Assembly: GCA_965223325.1 (NCBI GenBank)
Contig: CBDCWI010000002.1
Span: forward strand, 2,432,001 to 2,496,000
Direction: 5' to 3'
DNA from: Candidatus Multivoradales bacterium
GTDB taxonomy: Bacteria > Acidobacteriota > Thermoanaerobaculia > Multivoradales > Multivoraceae
Length of the DNA stretch: 64,000 nucleotides
In this document: positions 38,179 through 47,489 of the stretch, piece by piece
How positions within the stretch are numbered: position 1 is the first letter of the stretch
Layout of the letters: every line of letters starts with the position of its first letter
Notes under the pieces: model-generated
The model's database searches: none
Told to the model about the DNA's origin: nothing
The model's input: the letters and a program-made list of their open reading frames with translations, nothing else
Position numbers and translations under genes: made by a program

Positions 38179-38799
38179 CTACAGCTTCTGAACCTGTAGG
38201 AACTCGAGCTCGACCGGAGTCTGGCGACCGAAGATGGTGACCATGACCTTGACCGTGTTGCGATCGAGGTTGATCTCTTCGACCAGGCCGGTGAAGTTGT
38301 TGAACGGACCGTCGATGATCTTGATCTGTTCGCCCTTCTCGAAAACGTACTTGGGCTTCGGCTTCTCTTTCGCCGTGGTGACCTGCTGAACGATCTGGTC
38401 GACCTCGTGCTGCTCGAGAGGCGTCGGGTTGCGGCCGGTGCCAACGAAGCCAGTGACCTTGGGTGTGTTCTTGACCACGTGCCAGGCGGCGTCGGTCATT
38501 TCCATCTCGACCAGGATGTAGCCCGGGAAGAACTTGCGCTCGGTCTCGCGCTTCTTGCCGGCCTTCATCTCGACGATCGTTTCCTTGGGGATGCGAATCT
38601 CGCCAAACAGATGACCCATATCGTGCGCATCTGCGCGCTGTCGCAGGCTCTCCTTCACCCGCTCCTCGAAACCCGAGTAGGTGTGCACGATGTACCACTT
38701 GCAGTTGGCCGACTTCGCGGGCGAAGCCTCCTCCGGCGCGTCGGGTGTGTCCGACCCGGGCAAGTCGCTGGCAGTGCTCTCTGTACTTTCGTTAGCCAA
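38179..38799 (-). CDS. nusG: Transcription factor NusG
   Basis: WYIVHTYSGFE, FPGYILV, KOW domain IFGRQTPVEL. Confidence 0.98.
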   Translation of the reverse strand: MANESTESTASDLPGSDTPDAPEEASPAKSANCKWYIVHTYSGFEERVKESLRQRADAHDMGHLFGEIRIPKETIVEMKAGKKRETERKFFPGYILVEMEMTDAAWHVVKNTPKVTGFVGTGRNPTPLEQHEVDQIVQQVTTAKEKPKPKYVFEKGEQIKIIDGPFNNFTGLVEEINLDRNTVKVMVTIFGRQTPVELEFLQVQKL

Positions 38800-38892
38800 G
38801 GTGGCCTCCGGTTCGGTCAGCGGGATCTGGAAGTGTGGGGGTGCACGACGATCGGCGGGCTCAGACCCTTGGTTGTGAGGGCCCGCCGATCG

Positions 38893-39096
38893 TCAGGCCC
38901 CGAGGGTCTGATTGAAGAGTTGATAGAGCTTCACGATCACCTGATCGGACGCATACAGAAAGATCGCAAAGATGATGCTAGCCACGATCACCACCAGGGT
39001 CGTGTTGATGACCTCTTCCCGTGAAGGAAAGGACACCTTCTCCATCTCGAAGTAGACCTCCCGGAGGAAGGTGCGTGCTCTTGTGATGTAGCTCAT
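38893..39096 (-). CDS. secE: Preprotein translocase SecE
   Basis: EMEKVSFPSREE plus one TM helix; directly upstream of nusG. Confidence 0.95.
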   Translation of the reverse strand: MSYITRARTFLREVYFEMEKVSFPSREEVINTTLVVIVASIIFAIFLYASDQVIVKLYQLFNQTLGA

Positions 39097-39168
39097 GATC
39101 GTTGTTTCTCAGAGTGCGTCTTTGGAAGCGTCCTGGAGGCTCGAAGGCTGCGGCCGGTCTGACTCGAG

Positions 39169-39244
39169 TGGCAGGGCAGGAGGGAATCGAACCCCCAACC
39201 GCCGGTTTTGGAGACCGGTGCTCTGCCAATTGAGCTACTGCCCT
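39169..39244 (-). tRNA. tRNA-Trp(CCA)
   Basis: AGGGCAGTAGCTCAATTGGCAGAGC...CTCCAAA...GGTTCGATTCC...CTGCCCTGCCA cloverleaf. Confidence 0.97.
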
Positions 39245-39297
39245 CTATCGATTTCGGACCGGCATCGCGATGCCATTCGACAACTGCTAGTTGCCCC

Positions 39298-40485
39298 CTA
39301 CTCGTGAATCTCGGTGACGGTTCCGGCCCCGACGGTGCGGCCGCCTTCGCGAATCGCAAAGCGCACACCCTTCTCCATGGCGATCGGAGCGATCAGCTCC
39401 ACGTCGAGCGACACGTTGTCGCCAGGCATCACCATCTCGGTGCCCTCAGGAAGCTCCGCGATACCCGTCACATCGGTGGTGCGGAAGTAGAACTGTGGAC
39501 GGTAGCCCTTGAAGAACGGAGTGTGGCGACCACCCTCCTCCTTCGTCAGGATGTAGACCTCGCCCTTGAACTTCGTATGCGGAGTGATCGAACCGGGCTT
39601 CGCCAGGCACTGACCACGCTCGACCTCGTCCTTCTTCGTGCCACGAAGAAGAACACCGACGTTGTCACCCGCCTCACCGCGATCGAGAAGCTTGCGGAAC
39701 ATCTCGACACCCGTCACCGTCGTCTTCGACGTGTCACGAATGCCAACGATCTCGACCTCGTCACCGACGTTGACCACGCCACGCTCCACGCGGCCGGTCA
39801 CGACCGTGCCGCGACCCTGGATCGTGAAAATGTCCTCGATCGGCATCAGGAAGTCCTTGTCCACGTCGCGCGTCGGGTTCGGAACGTAAGAGTCCACCGA
39901 GTCCATCAACTCCACGACCTTCTCGGCCCACTCCGAAGCCGGGTCCTCGAGAGCCTTCAAGGCCGAACCGCGAATGATCGGGATGTCGTCGCCAGGGAAC
40001 TCGTAGTACGTCAAAAGCTCACGAAGCTCGAGCTCGACCAGGTCGAGAAGCTCTTCGTCGTCGACCGTGTCGCACTTGTTCATGAAAACGACGATGTATG
40101 GAACACCGACCTGCCGAGCCAACAGAATGTGCTCACGCGTCTGAGGCATCGGACCATCAGCAGCCGACACCACCAGGATCGCGCCGTCCATCTGCGCGGC
40201 GCCCGTGATCATGTTCTTGACGTAGTCAGCATGGCCGGGGCAGTCGACGTGAGCGTAGTGACGGTTCTCCGTCTCGTACTCGACGTGAGCGGTCGCGATC
40301 GTGATGCCGCGCTCGCGCTCCTCAGGCGCCTTGTCGATCTGGTCGAAGGCGACCGCCTCGGCGCCACCCTTCGCGGCCAGAACCGCTGTGATCGCTGCCG
40401 TCAACGTCGTCTTACCGTGATCGACGTGACCAATCGTCCCCACGTTCAGGTGGGGTTTGGTGCGTTCAAACTTTTCCTTGGCCAT
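39298..40485 (-). CDS. tuf: Elongation factor Tu (tRNA-linked copy), protein identical to 18399..19586
   Basis: Identical 395-aa translation; a few synonymous differences. Confidence 0.99.
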   Translation of the reverse strand: MAKEKFERTKPHLNVGTIGHVDHGKTTLTAAITAVLAAKGGAEAVAFDQIDKAPEERERGITIATAHVEYETENRHYAHVDCPGHADYVKNMITGAAQMDGAILVVSAADGPMPQTREHILLARQVGVPYIVVFMNKCDTVDDEELLDLVELELRELLTYYEFPGDDIPIIRGSALKALEDPASEWAEKVVELMDSVDSYVPNPTRDVDKDFLMPIEDIFTIQGRGTVVTGRVERGVVNVGDEVEIVGIRDTSKTTVTGVEMFRKLLDRGEAGDNVGVLLRGTKKDEVERGQCLAKPGSITPHTKFKGEVYILTKEEGGRHTPFFKGYRPQFYFRTTDVTGIAELPEGTEMVMPGDNVSLDVELIAPIAMEKGVRFAIREGGRTVGAGTVTEIHE

Positions 40486-40911
40486 AGCCCTGCACTGCCT
40501 CCTGGCGTCGTTTGCCTCCGGTGCGTCAAGAGAAGAGCGAACACTTCGCTCGCCTGACGTGGCAGGACCTCGAGGTTCGACACAGCAAGCGTCGCTGTGC
40601 CTTCTGAGGAACTACCGTGTGGGGAAACCTGTTGTTTGGGATTCGTTACTGAATCGTTGGTCTGTTCGGGACTGTTCTGATCAGATCGCGCTCGCGCACG
40701 AAAACCGCGTCTTCGGATTCGCCGGAGACCTCGAAAGGTCACAGGCCTTAGAGCAATGTGTCAACCAAAAGCATTTCGACTGGCACCGCGGGTTCATGGT
40801 CCGACCAAAGCTTCGGTGCTCGATGCCGCGGCCGTGGACCATGGCGAGTACCGCACCTCTCTGGGCTTTGATCGGGGATCCTGCGGGCCTTCCTCGAGCG
40901 CCATCGGCTGA

Positions 40912-40986
40912 TGGAGCCCACGACCGGAATTGAACCGGTGACCCCTTCCTTACCAAGGAAGTGCTCTACCTCTGAGCCACGTGGGC
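40912..40986 (-). tRNA. tRNA-Thr(GGT)
   Basis: GCCCACGTGGCTCAG...CTTCC-TTGGTAA-GGAAG...GGTTCAATTCC...GTGGGCTCCA. Confidence 0.97.
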
Positions 40987-41151
40987 CGAAGACACGACAA
41001 TCCCCGGCCTGCCACCGTCAATCTCGGTAGCACGCTGGCGGAGAAACCAGGATCCTAGCCGCTGTCGAGGCCAAGGTAAACCCCTCGGTTGCCAAAAACT
41101 CGATTTCGAGCACTCTGGCCCGGTTGCCAGGGCCCGAAAACGCGGCTCTCC

Positions 41152-41592
41152 TCAGCCCGCGCCACCCGCAATGTCCTGCCCGCTACGCTGGCCGTGGCCG
41201 AGCTCGAAGCCCGGCTCCACCAGTTGTTCCAGGGCTTCGGCGAGCTCCTCCTGGAAGAAAGGCTTGTGGAGAAAGCGGGTACGACGGCCCGACGAGATGA
41301 CGCCCTCGGTATGGGCTGAGAAGAAGAGAACCGGCAGTTCGGGGAGAAAGGCGCGGGTGCGGGCGGCCAGTTCGACCCCACTCACCCCCGGCATGACGAC
41401 ATCCGTCATCAGGAGCGCGATGTCTTCCTGATGGTCCTCGAGAAGACCCAGCGCATCGTGGTGATTGGTGGCTCGCAGGACGCGACAGCCAAGGTCCTCG
41501 AGCAGGACAGCCGACACGTGCAGGACCGCCGGGTCATCTTCGACCAGCAGGACCAGGAGCTCATTACCGTGACACCTGGAGTTCTGACGCAT
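41152..41592 (-). CDS. Single-domain response regulator receiver protein
   Basis: VLLVEDD, LLMTDVVMPGVSG, FSAH, FLHKPF; start uncertain. Confidence 0.85.
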   Translation of the reverse strand: MRQNSRCHGNELLVLLVEDDPAVLHVSAVLLEDLGCRVLRATNHHDALGLLEDHQEDIALLMTDVVMPGVSGVELAARTRAFLPELPVLFFSAHTEGVISSGRRTRFLHKPFFQEELAEALEQLVEPGFELGHGQRSGQDIAGGAG

Positions 41593-41876
41593 TGAACGCT
41601 CACTTTTCCACAGAGGGTGGGACAGATCGCTTCGGTCGCAGCGCGCGACACTATCGACGAAAAGCACGGAATCTAAGGATCGTCGAGCCCTAAAGGGCTC
41701 TCTGTAATCTCCGATAGAGCACTATTCAGAGAAAGCATCCGCAGGTTTTCCACAGACAGTATCCACCGCAACGAGGAAAACGTCAAACCCGTCGTTCAGG
41801 GGCGCGCCAACAAAACGCTAATCTCCAACCGAGCCAAGCCCCTGTCACCACACACCAGAGAAAGGACCACTCTCTG

Positions 41877-42731
41877 ATGACGACCCCGCCCACCCCACCT
41901 CCACCGCCAGCCGCACCCGCTTCCCCACCACCGGTGCAACAGGCACCGCCGTCACGCCGCGGAATCCCCTGGTGGGGTTGGCTGGCGATGGGCTGCGGCG
42001 CGCTGGTTCTGGTGTCGCTCGTCGTGTTGGTAGGCGCTGGCTACTTCGTCGCCAAGAAGGCCAGCGAAGTCGCCGAAGACTTCGATGCCAACCCAGCGAT
42101 GACCGCGGCCAAGCTGATCGTGCGCGCCAGCCCCGAGCTCGAGCTCATCGATTCCGACGACGAAGACGGCACGTTGACGATTCGCAACAGCGAAACCGGC
42201 GAGGTGGTGACCGTCGACATCGAGGATCTCAACCAAGGCCGGATCTCGTGGGAAACCGACGACGGCCCCGGCGGCATCTCGATCTCCGAAGACGAAGGCA
42301 TCGTCATCGAAGGCACCGACGACGACGGCCAGCGCAACACGATGACCATCGGCGCCGACGAGGAAGGCATCGTGATGACCAGCCCCGACGGCACCGCCCG
42401 CATTGGAGGAGGAGGCGCCGACTACCCGAGCTGGGTACCCGTTCCGTCGGGGATCTCACCCGAGTCCAACTTCTCAGCCAGCCAGACCGGCGGCCGCGTC
42501 GGCATGTTCAGCTTCGAACCCACCGGCTCGATCGACGAGGCGATCGCGTTCTACAAGCGCGAGCTCGAGAGCGCCGGCTACACCCTCGAGACCGCATCGA
42601 TCAACGCCTCGGGGAGCCGCCAGGAGACGATCGCCGCCACCAACGCGAGCGAGAGCCGCACCATCAACGTCATGGCCAACGAAAGCGCTGGCAAGCGCCA
42701 GGTCGTCATTCAGTATGAGGACAAGCGTTAG
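41877..42731 (+). CDS. Hypothetical bitopic membrane protein (Pro-rich N-terminus, one TM helix, acidic external domain)
   Basis: AAAGGA RBS; WWGWLAMGCGALVLVSLVVLVGAGYFV; host-like codon use. Confidence 0.8.
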   Translation: MTTPPTPPPPPAAPASPPPVQQAPPSRRGIPWWGWLAMGCGALVLVSLVVLVGAGYFVAKKASEVAEDFDANPAMTAAKLIVRASPELELIDSDDEDGTLTIRNSETGEVVTVDIEDLNQGRISWETDDGPGGISISEDEGIVIEGTDDDGQRNTMTIGADEEGIVMTSPDGTARIGGGGADYPSWVPVPSGISPESNFSASQTGGRVGMFSFEPTGSIDEAIAFYKRELESAGYTLETASINASGSRQETIAATNASESRTINVMANESAGKRQVVIQYEDKR

Positions 42732-42848
42732 GCGAGACCGCTAGCGAGTCGCATGGTGGCATCAAGTCTCATCTCGAGCGCCGACTCAGCCGCCACGAAA
42801 CAGCCTTCGGCCGAGCCCCGCGCTGGAGCCCTCAAATCACGTTGGAAA

Positions 42849-43106
42849 TCAGAGGCCATGCTCCTCGGGATCCCAGCCGAAGACCTCGATCATCGTCGCC
42901 CGGTCGAGCCGCAGGGCAGCAAGCCGCAGCTCGAGTTCTCGAGGTTCCAGGGGCCCGTATAGCCTCTGGAGCCGCAGCGTCGCCATCGCCTCAGCCGTTC
43001 GGTTCAGGTCAACCACTCGCCCGAGCTTTTCGATGGGCGTTATCGTTCGGTAGCGCTCGATCAGGACGTCCTCGATCGCGCGCTCTGTGTCGAGGGTCAG
43101 GACCAT
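42849..43106 (-). CDS. Small hypothetical protein resembling partners of nucleotidyltransferase-type TA modules
   Basis: DTERAIEDVLIERYRTITPIEKL...ELELRLAALRL...FGWDPEEHG; family recalled from memory, not searched. Confidence 0.55.
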   Translation of the reverse strand: MVLTLDTERAIEDVLIERYRTITPIEKLGRVVDLNRTAEAMATLRLQRLYGPLEPRELELRLAALRLDRATMIEVFGWDPEEHGL

Positions 43107-43174
43107 ACGTCACTCTACCGAACCTGAGGGAGGGTGATGCGAGTTCCAAGCGCCCGAACCACTAGCATGGAGTC

Positions 43175-44461
43175 GTGACCTCGAGGCAGATCTATCCGTC
43201 CGTGATTCTCATCCTACTCGGCTGCCAGCCGGCAACCGAGCAGTCCGAGAGAACCGCGCGCCAAGAGCGCAGCGTTCGACTCGCCCAGGTCATCGAACAG
43301 TACGACGCCCAGGGCATTCACCGCACCGGCACCACCGTCGACGAGAAGAGCGCTCACTGGCTGGCCGACTGGGTGCACCGGGCTGGCTTCGAACCAACTC
43401 TTCAAGCCATCCCGTTCCACCGCGTCGACACGATCAACGCCTTCCTCGAGGTCGGGTCACCCAACGGCGAGAGTAAACGCTTCCTAGGCATTCCACTCAC
43501 CGACTCCGCGACCTACACCGATGCCACCGGCATCGAGGGACCCCTCGGCGAGCTGGGTGCCGAGGCACGAATCGCAGTCGTGCGCTGGCCTCCCACAGCG
43601 CAGCACCTGCCCGGCTTCCAGGCCGCCCGCACCGCCGGCGCCCACCATGGACTCGTCATCGTCACCGGCGGCTCGGAGCACGACCTGCCTCCCGGAACGC
43701 CATCCCGACCCGCAGCTCCCGGCTACGCCCTGATCAACGCTGACCGCTACTCCGATCCCTACGGGAAACCCGTCCTTCAACTCCCAAGCGAGACCGGACC
43801 AGCCCTGGTAGCAGCCCGAGCCCGCAAGGCAACTGGTCGCCTAGTCGTCCAGGTCGAGAAGACGCCGGTAGAGATCTGGAACGTAACCACGAAAGTTCCA
43901 GGCAAAGACAAAGAAGCCGCCCCGATCGTCGTCATGACCCCCAGAAGCGGCTGGTGGCAAGTAGCCTCCGAACGCGGCGGCGGCCTGGCGCTCTGGGTAG
44001 AGCTCCTCTACGCCCTCAAGGCCACCCCACCGCAAAGAACGGTCCACTTCGTCGCCTCCACCGGCCACGAGCTAGGCCACATCGGTCTCGACCACTACCT
44101 AGAGCGACACCAAGACCTGATCGCCAACGCCCATCTATGGCTCCATCTCGGCGCCAACTTCGCCGCCGCCCAGGGTGCCAACATCCGCCTTCAGGCCTCG
44201 AGCCAGGAACTCCTGGACCGAGCCACAGAGGCAATGGCAGAGAACAACCAGTCCCCAGGCGTCATCACCCCACTCGACCAACGCCCCTACGGCGAAGCCC
44301 GAAACATCCACGACGGTGGCGGACGCTACATCTCGCTACTGGGAAGCAACGGCCACTTCCACTCCCCAATGGACCGCTGGCCAGACTCAGTAGACATGGA
44401 AACACTCGAAGACCTGACCGAAGCGTTCATAGGCCTGGTGCAAGAGCTGGCCAACGAGTAG
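43175..44461 (+). CDS. Hypothetical lipoprotein with M28-like peptidase fold features
   Basis: LILLGC lipobox-like signal; IVVMTPRSGWW, HFVASTGHELGH, FHSPMDRW. Confidence 0.65.
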   Translation: MTSRQIYPSVILILLGCQPATEQSERTARQERSVRLAQVIEQYDAQGIHRTGTTVDEKSAHWLADWVHRAGFEPTLQAIPFHRVDTINAFLEVGSPNGESKRFLGIPLTDSATYTDATGIEGPLGELGAEARIAVVRWPPTAQHLPGFQAARTAGAHHGLVIVTGGSEHDLPPGTPSRPAAPGYALINADRYSDPYGKPVLQLPSETGPALVAARARKATGRLVVQVEKTPVEIWNVTTKVPGKDKEAAPIVVMTPRSGWWQVASERGGGLALWVELLYALKATPPQRTVHFVASTGHELGHIGLDHYLERHQDLIANAHLWLHLGANFAAAQGANIRLQASSQELLDRATEAMAENNQSPGVITPLDQRPYGEARNIHDGGGRYISLLGSNGHFHSPMDRWPDSVDMETLEDLTEAFIGLVQELANE

Positions 44462-44462
44462 C

Positions 44463-44652
44463 CCCAGCAAGCGCCAAAGGCGCGAGCAAGACCATCAGCC
44501 ATCCCAGCAAGCGCCAAAGGCGCGAGCAGAACCATCAGCCATCCGGGCAAGCGCCGAAGGCGCAAGCAAAACCAACCCATCCGGGCAAGCGCCGAAAGGC
44601 GCGAGCAAAACCATCAACCATCCGGGCAAGCGCCGAAGGCGCAAGCAAAAAC
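44463..44652. repeat. Five ~40-bp tandem units, each with a GCGCC-(G/A)AA-GGCGC hairpin (REP-like array)
   Basis: Units start at 44463, 44503, 44543, 44581, 44622. Confidence 0.9.
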
Positions 44653-44662
44653 AGCGTGCCGG

Positions 44663-44711
44663 TGGGAGGGAGACGGGATTCGAACCCGCGACCAACAGCT
44701 TGGAAGCTGTG
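44663..44711 (-). repeat. Duplicated 3' half of tRNA-Gly(TCC): att-like direct repeat
   Basis: GGGAGACGGGATTCGAACCCGCGACCAACAGCTTGGAAG is identical to the tRNA at 48374-48448; 5' half absent. Confidence 0.9.
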
Positions 44712-45022
44712 TGTCGATGCTGAAGTGCCTCTTCACGCCCTAGCTAAAGCCGATTCTCCCCAAGGTGCTGGTAGCGCCTGTGCACTTGGGGTCAGCCATG
44801 GCTTTCAATCCCAAACGGCGGGGAGGTTGCTTCCATTGTTGCTCGGACGGGCAGGAGACTCCGCCCGCTGAATCTCGCGAGAAACTACCTAGATCCGCAT
44901 GGTGCGGCATCTCGAGGTCAGAACTGTCCCACAAGGGTTGCTCTACCCGGCGGCGTGGCTAGGCAGCGGCGACCAGCTCGTATGCCCCGATCCGGCAGCA
45001 CTCGTCTGTCGCTTCGGAGCGC

Positions 45023-45127
45023 TCACCCCTTCGGCGGATCGCCCTTAGGCTTCAGCATCGCCCGTTTGATGAATCCGTCGAGCCCGGTCTGCTTGAAGGT
45101 GAACAGTTTGCCGGCTACCCACCCCAT
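45023..45127 (-). pseudogene. Probable C-terminal remnant of an excisionase-family HTH protein
   Basis: MGWVAGKLFTFKQTGLDGFIKRAMLKPKGDPPKG* resembles the GKxWRFxxxxLDxWI wing motif. Confidence 0.4.
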
Positions 45128-45177
45128 CGCCGCGGCTCGGGTCTCCAGAGCCCACTGCCGAAACGCCGATCGCTTCG

Positions 45178-47379
45178 TCACGAAGCTTCTTCCATCAGCT
45201 CATCGAACAGCGCCGGCCTCTCGGTCCTGACCAGGCGCCCGGGGTAGCCCTTGAAGTGGGGGATGCCCTGCTCGTGGTCGAGGAACTCGTCGTCATCGGA
45301 GCAGAGCACCGCGTCGCTCGAGAGGAAGGCGCCGCCCAGCTCCACTTTGCCGCGGAGCTCCGGGTACCACCAGCCGTGGGGCACCCGCAGGTGGCCGGGC
45401 TTCATGCTCTCCTGCACGGCGAGCTGCGCGGTGACGTGGCCATACCTCGTCTCGAGCTTCACCCAGTCGCCATCCGTGAGGCCTTCCTTCTGTGCATCTT
45501 CGGGGTGGACAAAGATGCTCGGGAGCGGGCAGCGCTTGCGCAGCTCCTCGATATTGCGCTGGCCGGTCTGGAAGAACGGGTCTTCACGCACGCCGGAGAA
45601 CACTGCGTAGGGATAGTCCGCTGTGGGTCGTGGTCCTTCGCGGTGGTAGGGCACAGGATCGAAGCCCAGATCTTCGAGCACAGACGACGACAGCTCCACT
45701 TTACCGGAGGGTGTCGCAAAGCCGGTCTTCCGATATTTGAGGAACTCTGGAGTGGGCATTTCCATGAAGCTCTGTGCCTCGAACTCGGCAAAGGTCCTTC
45801 CCGAGCGGGAAAGACGGTGGTCCAAAAGCTCCTCGAGCGTGTTCCACGGGAAGTGATCCTCGAAGCCGAACCGGAGTGCGAGGTCACGCCAGAACTGAAA
45901 GGTGCTGCTGGCTTCCTCCGGTGGCTCGACGACCTTCTGCGAGAGCGTGAGTCGAGCTGTCCAGCTCCAGCTGTCGGCGATGTGATTGCGCTCGCTGAAC
46001 ACGTCACCGGGCAGAACGTAGTCGGACAACATGGCGGTGGGCGTCATGAAGATCTCGTGAGTGACGATCAGATCCTGGTTCATCATGCCCTTCAGAATCT
46101 GGTGCTGGTTCGGGTAGCTCATGAGCGCGTTATTGCCGAGCACGAAGAAGGCCTTCACGGGGTACGGGTCTTCAGTGGCCATCGCGCGGAAGATCTCGGA
46201 GGGGTTGGCCATGTGACAACCCATGACGAGGTCGGCATAAGGGAAGCCCCAGACCTTCTCGGTGGGCTCCTTGAGCATCTCCGCGGTGCGATAGGTGTAG
46301 GCCGGGTGATTGGTGAAGCCGAGCTGCTTGGCCTTTTGTTCCGGGGCGAGCACCTCGTGCAGGCCCAGCTCCGACTCGGGGATGTAGTCCGGGTTGAAGC
46401 CACCGAAGGTCTCGCCGCCCACCACATCCAGATTGCCCGTCACTGCGCGCAGGATCGAATGGAGCCGAATGGCAGAGGTGCTGGAGATCTGCATGTCGGT
46501 GATCGGCGTCCAGGGGATGATGGCGCCGTCGGCGTTCGCGTACATGCGGGCAGCCTCGGCGATCAGCTCGCGGTCCACTCCCGTGATCTCCTCCACCCGT
46601 TCCAGCGGGTACTCGTCCACGCGGGCCTTGAGCTCCTCGAACCCGGTGCACCAGTCGCGTACGAAGTCTTTGTCGTAGAGCTCTTCGTCGAAGATGACCT
46701 TGAGCCAGCCGAGGCACATGGCCGCGTCGGTGCCAGCACGGAGCTGCAGGTGCAGGTCGGCAGCTTCGGCCTGACCGGACACCCTCGGATCGAGCACGAT
46801 GAGCTTCGCACCGCGGGCCTGTGCGTCTTTGATCCAGTGGTAGACCGGTGTCCAGGAGTGCTTGCGCGGGTTGTGGCCAAAGAGCACGATGCAGTTGGTG
46901 TTGTCGAAGTCGCCCAAGGGGAACCAGCCGTAGGTGAGCCGGTTCACCGCGGCGGTGTTGCCGGCGCATAGCGCGACGCCACTCGTCCAGTTGGGTGCGC
47001 CGAGCAGGTTCATGAACCGCCGGTCCATGGCGTGCGTGGTCTGGGTGTTCCAGCCCGAGGTCGAGACGGCGAACGCCTCCGGGCCGTGCTGGTCCACGAC
47101 CTTCTTCAGCCGCGCGGCGATCTCGTCCATTGCCTGTTCGTAGCTGATCTCTTCCCACTGGTCGGCACCACGCTCGCCCACGCGCTTGAGGGGCTTCGTA
47201 AGGCGGTCCGCATGGTTGTGGATCCTTGGCGCTGCAACGCCCTTGAAGCAAATGTTCTTGGCCAGCATCGGGTTGTCGTGCGCGAGCACACGCGTGACCT
47301 TGCCGTCGTCGGCTACGGTGCGCAGCTGGCAGTTGATGTCGCAGATCGTGCACACGGAGTACCTGGTGGTCGTGGTCAT
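45178..47379 (-). CDS. Acetylene hydratase-like W/Mo-bis-PGD enzyme (DMSO reductase family), 733 aa
   Basis: CTICDINC...ICFK 4Fe-4S motif, RRFMNLLGAPNWTS..LCAGNT, IPW..TDMQ..S.SAIR, FATPSGKVEL, PHGWW; ATG 47379 with GGGGAG RBS; no Tat signal. Confidence 0.88.
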   Translation of the reverse strand: MTTTTRYSVCTICDINCQLRTVADDGKVTRVLAHDNPMLAKNICFKGVAAPRIHNHADRLTKPLKRVGERGADQWEEISYEQAMDEIAARLKKVVDQHGPEAFAVSTSGWNTQTTHAMDRRFMNLLGAPNWTSGVALCAGNTAAVNRLTYGWFPLGDFDNTNCIVLFGHNPRKHSWTPVYHWIKDAQARGAKLIVLDPRVSGQAEAADLHLQLRAGTDAAMCLGWLKVIFDEELYDKDFVRDWCTGFEELKARVDEYPLERVEEITGVDRELIAEAARMYANADGAIIPWTPITDMQISSTSAIRLHSILRAVTGNLDVVGGETFGGFNPDYIPESELGLHEVLAPEQKAKQLGFTNHPAYTYRTAEMLKEPTEKVWGFPYADLVMGCHMANPSEIFRAMATEDPYPVKAFFVLGNNALMSYPNQHQILKGMMNQDLIVTHEIFMTPTAMLSDYVLPGDVFSERNHIADSWSWTARLTLSQKVVEPPEEASSTFQFWRDLALRFGFEDHFPWNTLEELLDHRLSRSGRTFAEFEAQSFMEMPTPEFLKYRKTGFATPSGKVELSSSVLEDLGFDPVPYHREGPRPTADYPYAVFSGVREDPFFQTGQRNIEELRKRCPLPSIFVHPEDAQKEGLTDGDWVKLETRYGHVTAQLAVQESMKPGHLRVPHGWWYPELRGKVELGGAFLSSDAVLCSDDDEFLDHEQGIPHFKGYPGRLVRTERPALFDELMEEAS

Positions 47380-47416
47380 CGCTTGTCTCCCCGCTGGATG
47401 GTCGTCGTACCCTGCA

Positions 47417-47473
47417 GTTGCATAATGAAACTTGTACCTCTCCAGTGTAGGGGATACGGTTGCATCGTGCAAC
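47417..47473. promoter_or_regulatory. Twin palindromic operators in the divergent promoter region
   Basis: GTTGCA-TAA-TGAAAC (47417-47431) and GTTGCA-TCG-TGCAAC (47459-47473), 42 bp apart. Confidence 0.65.
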
Positions 47474-47489
47474 TTCAAGGAGATCCTCC

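Noticed and set aside
44463-44652. Possible CRISPR mini-array
   Set aside because: Linkers are only about 15 nt and similar to each other, repeats are degenerate, and no cas genes are present in the window.
44663-44711. Additional functional tRNA-Gly
   Set aside because: The D-arm and 5' acceptor strand are missing and the acceptor end is mutated; it is an att-like fragment.
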